47,170 nucleotides of DNA from the NCBI GenBank assembly GCA_025351245.1, contig JANXWH010000236.1, forward strand, positions 1 through 47,170, in the 5' to 3' direction. A program made the translations under genes and the position numbers. How positions within the stretch are numbered: position 1 is the first letter of the stretch; every line of letters begins with the position of its first letter. Of this stretch, positions 40,340-47,170 are shown one piece after another. Under the pieces are notes generated by a model, which saw only the letters and a program-made list of their open reading frames with translations, searched no databases and had not been told where the DNA came from. Source of the stretch: Chloroflexota bacterium (GTDB taxonomy: Bacteria; Chloroflexota; Limnocylindria; Limnocylindrales; CSP1-4).

Positions 40340-41284
40340 ATGGAGCTTGGGCACCTGCCGGTGCTCGCGGAGGAGGTCATGCAGATGCTCGCCCCGCGCC
40401 CCGGCAGCCTTCATGTCGACGGAACCGTTGGCGGCGGTGGGCACACCGAGCGGATCCTGGAGGCCGCCAGCCCGGACGGCCGCGTCCTCGGGCTTGACGC
40501 CGACCCCGCCGCGATCGCGCGGGTGGGGGAGCGGCTCGCCCGGTTCGGCGATCGGCTGGTCCTCCGGCAGGCGAACTTCCAGGATCTCGCGACCGTCGCA
40601 CCAGAGGCCGGGTTCCCGGCGGTTGACGGCATCCTGCTGGACCTCGGCCTGAGCTCGTTCCAGCTCGCCGACCCGGCGCGCGGGTTCAGCTTCCGCGCCG
40701 GCGGCCGGCTCGACATGCGCTTCGACCCGGGCACGGGCCGGCCCGCCGCGGAGCTGCTCGCGGAACTCGACGAAGGGGAGCTCGGAGACCTCTTCCGGCG
40801 CTACGGAGAGGAGCCGCATGCCCGACGCATCGCGCGCGCCGTCGTCGAGGCGCGCCGAGCGGCCCCGGTCACCACGGCCGAGGCATTCGCCTCGCTCGTC
40901 GAACGGGTCGTCCCGCGCCGTCCCGGCCGGGCTGGGCGGATCCATCCCGCCACCCGCGTCTTCCAGGCGCTCCGGATCGCGGTCAACGGCGAGCTCGATG
41001 CGCTCGAGGTCGCCCTCGACGCGGCGGTCGCGCTGCTTCGTCCGGGCGGTCGACTGGTCGTGCTGGCCTACCACTCGCTCGAGGATCGACTCGTCAAGCG
41101 CTTCGTCGCGGCCGAGCGCCGCGGCTGCACCTGCCCACCCAGCTTTCCCGTCTGTGTCTGCGGCCGGGCCCCCCGTCTCCGCCCCGTCGGCCCCCAGCCG
41201 GCAATGCCCACGGAGGCGGAGGTCGCCGCGAATCCCCGCGCCCGGAGCGCCCGGCTCCGGACCGCGGAACGGCTCGCCGCATGA
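40340..41284 (+). CDS. rsmH: 16S rRNA m4C1402 methyltransferase
   Basis: HLPVL, DGTVGGGGH, DLGLSSFQL, LDMR, FQALRIAVN, HSLEDR and NPRARSA. Confidence 0.97.
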   Translation: MELGHLPVLAEEVMQMLAPRPGSLHVDGTVGGGGHTERILEAASPDGRVLGLDADPAAIARVGERLARFGDRLVLRQANFQDLATVAPEAGFPAVDGILLDLGLSSFQLADPARGFSFRAGGRLDMRFDPGTGRPAAELLAELDEGELGDLFRRYGEEPHARRIARAVVEARRAAPVTTAEAFASLVERVVPRRPGRAGRIHPATRVFQALRIAVNGELDALEVALDAAVALLRPGGRLVVLAYHSLEDRLVKRFVAAERRGCTCPPSFPVCVCGRAPRLRPVGPQPAMPTEAEVAANPRARSARLRTAERLAA

Positions 41285-41321
41285 GCCGTCCGGGCGTCGA
41301 CGCGACGGAGGCTTCGCACCG

Positions 41322-41519
41322 ATGAGCAAGCGCCACCAGACCCAGCGGCGGAGGTCGTACGGTCGCCGGGAGCACGAGATTCGCGAGCGGCGCGACCGGA
41401 CCTGGTCCGGGCTCGACGAGGTGCGCGAGCTGGGCGAGGAGTCGTTCGCCGGGATGGACGTTGCCGTTCGAGAGCTGGGCCTGCCCGCCTACGGCAGCGC
41501 CTATCTCGGGGCGGACTGA
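41322..41519 (+). CDS. Small Arg-rich hypothetical protein in the dcw cluster
   Basis: GGAGG RBS, MSKRHQTQRRRSYGRREHE..., and TGATG coupling to the ftsL-like gene. Confidence 0.65.
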   Translation: MSKRHQTQRRRSYGRREHEIRERRDRTWSGLDEVRELGEESFAGMDVAVRELGLPAYGSAYLGAD

Positions 41520-41941
41520 TGGCGGGCTATGCCGGGGCGCGGCCGCGGTCCGGCATCCTGGCGCCGCGCCGCCGCGCAGAGACGGCCGTGGAGCGGCACG
41601 GCACCCCCCGATCGGACCGGGCCGCCGACCTCCCGCGCCGCAGCGTCCGGGGCGCTTCGGCGGTCCGTTCTCGTCGCCGCCAGGGCCGGGTCGGCCTCGC
41701 GATCGTGGGCATCGTGGTCATCTTCCTGCTCGGGCTCTTCTCGCTCTCCCAGACGGTCAGGGTCTCCGCAACCGACTTCGACGTCGACCGCCTGATCGCG
41801 GCCCGCGCTGAACTCCTCGCGAACGAGCGCAACATGGTTGCCGACCTGTCGCGCCTGGGCCGCGAGCCGGCCATCCGGAAGCTGGCCCTCGACGCTGGCC
41901 TGGGCCAGCTCATTGATCCGCTCGTGGTCCCCGCGCGCTAG
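41519..41941 (+). CDS. ftsL: FtsL-like cell division protein
   Basis: Basic N-terminus, single TM, coiled coil and IRKLALDAGL. Located between rsmH and ftsI. Confidence 0.72.
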   Translation: MAGYAGARPRSGILAPRRRAETAVERHGTPRSDRAADLPRRSVRGASAVRSRRRQGRVGLAIVGIVVIFLLGLFSLSQTVRVSATDFDVDRLIAARAELLANERNMVADLSRLGREPAIRKLALDAGLGQLIDPLVVPAR

Positions 41942-41985
41942 CCCGCCCGATCGCCCGATCGCCCGACAAGGAGGAACCACGTCTG

Positions 41986-43833
41986 ATGCTCGGCCGGACC
42001 GACAGCCGCCCGCGGAGCCTGCTCGTGCTCGCGCTGCTCGCCACCTTCGGCATCGCGTGCATCGGGCGGCTGGGCTACTGGCAGTTCGTGCGCCACGATG
42101 AGCTGGTGGCGCGTGCGCGCGCACAGGTGACCGCGCGGATCGAGGTCCCGCCGGTCCGGGGGACCATCTACGACCGGAGCGGGACGGTCGTGCTCGCCAC
42201 GTCCGTGGAGCGTGACCGCCTCAGCGCGTTCCCGGCCCAGATGACCGGGCCGACCGACGCCGTCACGGCGGCCCTGCGCGAGCGTGTGGCCGCGAAGCTC
42301 GTCGAGATCCTGGGCCTGGTCCCGACCGAGGCCGACGCCCTTCGAGCGAAGATCAGCGACGGGAAGGCGTTCGTGGTCCTGGCCCACGACCTGACGCCGG
42401 TCCAGTCGAGCGCGATCAAGGCCGGCCTTGCCGACCGGTCGCTCGTGCAGGTGCGCCTCGAGCCGGAGCCGGTCCGGGTCTACCCGCTGGCGGGGGGTGC
42501 CACCGGCACGACCCTCGCCGCGCACCTGCTCGGGTTCGTCAACCGCGACGGGGCCGGCCAGTACGGGGTCGAGGGCCGCTGGCAGGACCTGCTCGGCGGC
42601 AGCCCGCAGGTGCTCCTGGCCGAGCGCGACGGGTCGGGGCGCCCGATCCTGGAGAACGCGCAGACGGTTGAGCCGGGCTCGCCGGGCACCTCGCTCACGT
42701 TGACCCTCAATGCGAGCCTCCAGCTCAAGCTGGAGCAGGAGGTCTACGGGGCGTGGGTCGCGAACCATGCGAAGAGCGTCTCGGGCCTGGTGATGGACCC
42801 GAAGACCGGCGAGATCCTCGCGTCCGCGACCTACCCCAGCTACGACGGCAACGACTACCGCGCCATCGCCGCGAACGATCCCTCGCGCTTCATCGACCCG
42901 GTCGTCTCGAGCGTCTACGAGCCGGGCTCGGTCTTCAAGCTGCTGACCGCGACCGCCGCCCTGGAGGCCGGGGTCGTCACGCGCACGACGATGCTCCGCG
43001 ACCAGGCTGTCCTCACGCTCGACGGTGGGCGGTCGAGCGTCCGGAACGCCGATCGAGGAAGCAAGGGCGCGCTCACCTTCCAGGACGCCGTGGCGTGGTC
43101 CCGCAACGTCGTCATGTCGAAGGTCGCCCTCATGCTCGGCCCGACCACCAGCCAGGCCGCTGCCGTCCTCCACGGGGCGTGGACCCGCCTGGGCTTCGGC
43201 GCCCGGACGGGCATCGACGTGGCGGGAGAGGTGCCCGGCCTCGTCCGCGACCCGGCAGTGCAGCCGTGGAAGCAGATCGACCTGGCGAACGGCGCGTTCG
43301 GCCAGGGGATCGCCGTGACGCTCCTCCAGCTGGCGACCGCGTTCAGCGCGATGGTGAACGGCGGGACGCTCCCGACGCCCCACGTCGTGAAGGCAACCGG
43401 CGACTCGCCCACGACGACGGCCGACCGTGGCCGCGTCATGACGCCCGCCCTCTCGGCCAACCTCACCGCGATCATGGAGCGGGTGGTGAACGTCGTGCCG
43501 TTCTACCGGGATCGCACGCTCATCCCGGGGTACCTGGTGGGGGGCAAAACCGGCACGGCCCAGATCTGGGATGCCAAGGCCAGGCGCTTCCGGACCGACG
43601 TCTACAACTTCTCGTTCGTCGGGTTCGTCGGCCGGACCGCGCCGGAGCTGGTGGTTGCCGTCAGCGTCAACGAGGGCAAGCCGCTCGTGAACAGGCCCGG
43701 CAACCTGGCGATGGCGGTCGAGTCATTCGAGCTCTTCCGGCGGATCGCGACCGACGCCATGGCGACCCTCGACCTGCCGCCCGTCCGCCCGGCTGCCTCG
43801 GCGTCGGCGCAGGCCGCGTCGGCGCACCCGTGA
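41986..43833 (+). CDS. ftsI: Class B penicillin-binding protein
   Basis: RGTIYDR, RVYP, GQYGVE, YEPGSVFK (SxxK), SRN (SxN) and KTGT. Confidence 0.93.
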   Translation: MLGRTDSRPRSLLVLALLATFGIACIGRLGYWQFVRHDELVARARAQVTARIEVPPVRGTIYDRSGTVVLATSVERDRLSAFPAQMTGPTDAVTAALRERVAAKLVEILGLVPTEADALRAKISDGKAFVVLAHDLTPVQSSAIKAGLADRSLVQVRLEPEPVRVYPLAGGATGTTLAAHLLGFVNRDGAGQYGVEGRWQDLLGGSPQVLLAERDGSGRPILENAQTVEPGSPGTSLTLTLNASLQLKLEQEVYGAWVANHAKSVSGLVMDPKTGEILASATYPSYDGNDYRAIAANDPSRFIDPVVSSVYEPGSVFKLLTATAALEAGVVTRTTMLRDQAVLTLDGGRSSVRNADRGSKGALTFQDAVAWSRNVVMSKVALMLGPTTSQAAAVLHGAWTRLGFGARTGIDVAGEVPGLVRDPAVQPWKQIDLANGAFGQGIAVTLLQLATAFSAMVNGGTLPTPHVVKATGDSPTTTADRGRVMTPALSANLTAIMERVVNVVPFYRDRTLIPGYLVGGKTGTAQIWDAKARRFRTDVYNFSFVGFVGRTAPELVVAVSVNEGKPLVNRPGNLAMAVESFELFRRIATDAMATLDLPPVRPAASASAQAASAHP

Positions 43834-45317
43834 GCGCAGCCTGTGCGACACTCCCCGGCGTGACGACCGTGCCGGCGCCCGGCCAGGGCGGCGATCCGAC
43901 CAGGCTGGCTGCCGCCCCCGCGCTGCGTGCCGCCGACCTAGTCGCGGCGACCCGTGGAACGCTGCTCCGCGACGCCGACCGTCCCATTCGCGGCGGGGCC
44001 GTCGACTCGCGCGCCGTGGAGCCGGGCAACCTGTTCGTGGCCCTGTCCGGGGAGCGGACCGACGGGCACCGTTTCCTCGAAGCTGCGGTGGCCGCCGGGG
44101 CGGCGGCCCTGCTCGTGAGTCGCCCGCTGGACGCAGCGGCGCTCGAAGCCCTCGGCAGCGTTACCGTCGTCCAGGTGCCCGACGCGCTCCTCGGCCTCCA
44201 GGCCATCGGGGCCGCCTGGCGTGCCCGATTCGACCCGCTGGTGGTCGGGATCACCGGCAGCGTCGCGAAGACGTCAACCAAGGACGCGACAGCCGCCGTC
44301 CTCGCCATTGCGCTCCCGACGCTGAAGAGCGAGGGCAACGCGAACAACGAGATCGGCCTCCCGCTCACGCTGCTGCGCCTGGGGCCGGAACACCGCGCCG
44401 CGGTCCTCGAGATGGGGATGTACGTCGGGGGCGAGATTGCGACGCTTGCCCGGCTCGGCCGGCCGGAGATCGGCGTCGTGACCGCGGTCGCGCCCGTGCA
44501 CCTGGAACGGGCCGGCAGCCTGGCGGCGATCGAGAACGCGAAGGCCGAGCTGGTCGAGGCCCTGCCGCCCGACGGCACTGCGGTCCTCAACGCGGACGAC
44601 GCCCGGGTGCGCACGTTCGGGTCGCGCACGCGGGCCTCCGTGATCCGCTACGGCTTCGCGGCCGATGCCGACGTGACCGCAGAGCGCGTCGTCAGCCGCG
44701 GCGTCGCCGGGATGACATTCGAGGTGGTGGCGCGCGCCCCGCGGCGGACGCGGTTCGGGGCCGAGATCGTCGCGCTGGGTCGCCACAGTGTCCAGAACGC
44801 GTTGGCCGCCGCGGCCGTCGGGCTCCTGGCGGGGCTCCCTGACGAGGCGATCGCGGCCGGCCTGGCGACCGACTGGGCGGCCGCGTCCGCGCATCGGGGC
44901 GCCATCGTGGAGGCGCCGGGCCTCACGATCCTCGACGACACGTACAACGCCTCGCCACCGGCGGTCCTCGCGGCGCTCGACCTGCTCGTGTCGCTGCCCG
45001 GCCGGCCCGTGGCGGTCCTCGGCGAGATGCTCGAGCTGGGCGACGCGCACGCGGCGAGCCACCGCACCGTCGGCGAAGCCGCCGGCCGGGCCGTAGCCGA
45101 GCTGGTCGTGGTCGGGCGTGGCGCTGCGGGCATCGCCGAGGGCGCCCTGGCTGCCGGGCTGGCGGCCTCGCACGTGTACCACGTCCGCGACCGCGCGACC
45201 GCGATCGAGCTTCTCGCGTCGGTGCTCCGCCCGGGAGACGTCGTTCTCGTCAAGGCCTCGCGGGGCGCCGCCCTCGAGGCGATCGTGGATGCTCTCCGGG
45301 CGGGGATCCCGGCGTGA
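43830..45317 (+). CDS. murF: UDP-MurNAc-tripeptide:D-Ala-D-Ala ligase
   Basis: DSR, GITGSVAKTSTK, NNEIGLP, EMGM, DDTYNASP, GEMLELG and KASRG. Start is GTG 43830 or 43860. Confidence 0.95.
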   Translation: MSAACATLPGVTTVPAPGQGGDPTRLAAAPALRAADLVAATRGTLLRDADRPIRGGAVDSRAVEPGNLFVALSGERTDGHRFLEAAVAAGAAALLVSRPLDAAALEALGSVTVVQVPDALLGLQAIGAAWRARFDPLVVGITGSVAKTSTKDATAAVLAIALPTLKSEGNANNEIGLPLTLLRLGPEHRAAVLEMGMYVGGEIATLARLGRPEIGVVTAVAPVHLERAGSLAAIENAKAELVEALPPDGTAVLNADDARVRTFGSRTRASVIRYGFAADADVTAERVVSRGVAGMTFEVVARAPRRTRFGAEIVALGRHSVQNALAAAAVGLLAGLPDEAIAAGLATDWAAASAHRGAIVEAPGLTILDDTYNASPPAVLAALDLLVSLPGRPVAVLGEMLELGDAHAASHRTVGEAAGRAVAELVVVGRGAAGIAEGALAAGLAASHVYHVRDRATAIELLASVLRPGDVVLVKASRGAALEAIVDALRAGIPA

Positions 45318-46291
45318 CCGTCCAGCTGATCCAGGCGATCCTGCTGGCCTTCGCCGTCGTCGTGATCCTCATGCCCGGGTACATCCGGCTCATCCGCTGG
45401 GCCGGCTTCGCCAAGCGGATCCGGATCGAGGGACCGGAGACGCACCAGGTCAAGGGCGGCACGCCCACCGCCGGGGGAGCGCTCCTGATCGGGGTCGTCG
45501 GTGCGCTGGCGCTCGTTTTCAACCTGGTGGACGCCTCCACCTTTGCCCCACTCGCGGCGCTGGGGCTCGTGGGCGCCCTTGGCTTCGCCGACGACTGGCT
45601 CAACGCGAGCACGGGCGACGGGATCCGCGCCCGCCAGAAACTCCTGTGGCAGACGGCCGTCGCGGTATTCGCGGCCTGGCAGATCCAGCGCACCTACGAC
45701 ATCGTCGCGGTGGGCGTCCCGTTCGTGGGTGCCGTGCGCATCGAGCCGTGGCTCTACATCGCGTTCGCGGCCTTCGCGATCGTGGCGATGAGCAACGGCG
45801 TCAACCTGACGGATGGCCTGGACGGGCTGGCGGGGGGCACCCTCATCTTCGCCTTCGTCGCGTTCCTGATCATCGCCCTGCTCAACAGCCCCGCTCAGCC
45901 GAACCTCGCGATCCTGTGCTCGCTCCTCATCGGCGCGCTGCTGGGCTTCCTCTGGTTCAACGTCCACCCGGCCCAGGTGTTCATGGGCGACTCGGGCTCG
46001 CTGAGCCTGGGGGCGACGCTGGCTGTCGTCTCGCTCATCACGGGCCAGATCCTGATCCTCCCCCTGATCGGGATCATCTTCGTCGTGGAGGCGGGCTCGG
46101 TCCTGCTCCAGGTCGCCTATTTCAAGGCCACGGGCGGCAGGCGGATCTTCCGGATGAGCCCGCTTCATCACCACTTCGAGCTGGGCGGCTGGCCGGAGAC
46201 GAAGATCACGCTCCGCTTCTGGATCGTCGCCGCGCTCGCCGGCCTGATGGGCGTGACGCTCTTCCTCGCCACCCTGCAGCGGCTGGTCTGA
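45314..46291 (+). CDS. mraY: Phospho-N-acetylmuramoyl-pentapeptide transferase
   Basis: KGGTPTAGG, GFADD, NLTDGLDGL, FMGDSGS and PLHHHFE. Confidence 0.97.
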   Translation: MTVQLIQAILLAFAVVVILMPGYIRLIRWAGFAKRIRIEGPETHQVKGGTPTAGGALLIGVVGALALVFNLVDASTFAPLAALGLVGALGFADDWLNASTGDGIRARQKLLWQTAVAVFAAWQIQRTYDIVAVGVPFVGAVRIEPWLYIAFAAFAIVAMSNGVNLTDGLDGLAGGTLIFAFVAFLIIALLNSPAQPNLAILCSLLIGALLGFLWFNVHPAQVFMGDSGSLSLGATLAVVSLITGQILILPLIGIIFVVEAGSVLLQVAYFKATGGRRIFRMSPLHHHFELGGWPETKITLRFWIVAALAGLMGVTLFLATLQRLV

Positions 46292-46293
46292 GG

Positions 46294-47170
46294 ATGCCGA
46301 ATCCCGTCGACCTCGATGCCCTGACGGTGGATGCGGTCCGCGCCGGGGCTCTGGCCGGCGTCCCGGTGACGGTCCTGGGGCTGGCTCGAACGGGGGTCGC
46401 GCTGGCCCGATTCTTCGACGACGCCGGCGCCGTCGTCACGATCTACGACGGCAAGCCGGTGGCCGCGCTCGCCGACCGGCTGGCGGAGTTGGGCGGCCGG
46501 TCGATCCGGCTTCGCGCCGGGCCGGAGGTGGACCCGGCGTCCGCGTGGGCGGATGCGGCCCTGGTCGCGTTCTCGCCATCGATCACGCCCGGCTTCCCGA
46601 CCACGGAGCCCCGACTCCGCGCCGCGCTCGATAGCCTCGCGGCCCGACGGGCGAGCGGCGACCCGGACGCGCCGGCGCTCGTCTCCGAGCCGGACCTGAC
46701 GCTTCGCCTGTGCTCCGCGCCGACGATCGGCGTCACCGGGACGAAAGGGAAGACGACCACCGCGTCACTCATCGCACATCTCCTTGCCGTGGACCCGGCT
46801 CACCCGGTGGTGCTGGGCGGGAACATCGGCCTGCCGCTCATCGACCGGGTGACCGAGCTGACCCGGGCCCACCGGGTCGTCCTGGAACTCTCCGAGCTGC
46901 AGCTGCCCAGCCTGACCCGCGGGACGACCGTGGCGGTCTACACGAACGTCACCGCCGACCATCTCGATCGCCACGGGTCGGTGGCGGCGTACCGTGCGGT
47001 GAAGGGACGGCTGGCCGAGCTGGTGGATCCGGCGGGAGCGCTCGTCCTCAATCTCGACGATCCGGTCGTGGGCGGCTACCCTGGCCTCGGGACCGCGCCC
47101 TCGGTCTGGTACCGGCTGGACCGGCCGATTCCCGGCGGGGTCGGGATCGTGGACGGCTGGGTGGTCGCGG
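46294..47170 (+). CDS. murD: UDP-MurNAc-L-Ala:D-Glu ligase, 3' end outside window
   Basis: Manual translation: VLGLARTG, FSP, GVTGTKGKTTT, GGNIGLP, LELS and NVTADHLDRH. Confidence 0.93.
   Translation, partial: MPNPVDLDALTVDAVRAGALAGVPVTVLGLARTGVALARFFDDAGAVVTIYDGKPVAALADRLAELGGRSIRLRAGPEVDPASAWADAALVAFSPSITPGFPTTEPRLRAALDSLAARRASGDPDAPALVSEPDLTLRLCSAPTIGVTGTKGKTTTASLIAHLLAVDPAHPVVLGGNIGLPLIDRVTELTRAHRVVLELSELQLPSLTRGTTVAVYTNVTADHLDRHGSVAAYRAVKGRLAELVDPAGALVLNLDDPVVGGYPGLGTAPSVWYRLDRPIPGGVGIVDGWVVA

Noticed and set aside
42753-43829. 854-aa murF ORF suggesting a fusion
   Set aside because: The extension is an alternative frame inside ftsI with no motifs.

Overview
High-GC bacterial chromosomal window. 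Gene style and regulatory motifs tentatively suggest a Terrabacteria lineage such as Chloroflexota (inference). The left ~12 kb is accessory-like. It holds a GntR/HutC regulator heading two tandem atypical carbamoyltransferases (PyrB-like and YgeW-like), a sedolisin S53 protease, a 668-aa unknown protein with four helical repeats each ending in a C-x3-C-x3-C ladder, a divergent M64 metalloprotease with 58-aa FG-GAP/VCBS-like repeats plus a partner gene, and an RlpA-like secreted protein. Next come xfp-ackA, an envelope-stress operon (LiaF-like, PspC, deleted lemA, alpha/beta hydrolase), a HAD/acyltransferase/UbiA cluster containing a LexA-type box, and parAB with DnaA boxes. Central metabolism follows: an acyl-CoA carboxylase/methylmalonyl-CoA mutase/epimerase operon, a dinB-family pseudogene, sucCD and sdhCDAB. 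The right end has an RNase HI-PhnP-like fusion, RNase P RNA, and the start of the dcw cluster (mraZ-rsmH-orf-ftsL-ftsI-murF-mraY-murD). The best novelty candidates are the Cys-ladder repeat protein with its flanking signal-less proteases, the dual carbamoyltransferase operon, the RNase H fusion and a rod-like 6S-like intergenic RNA. All calls come from reading the sequence; no searches were run.
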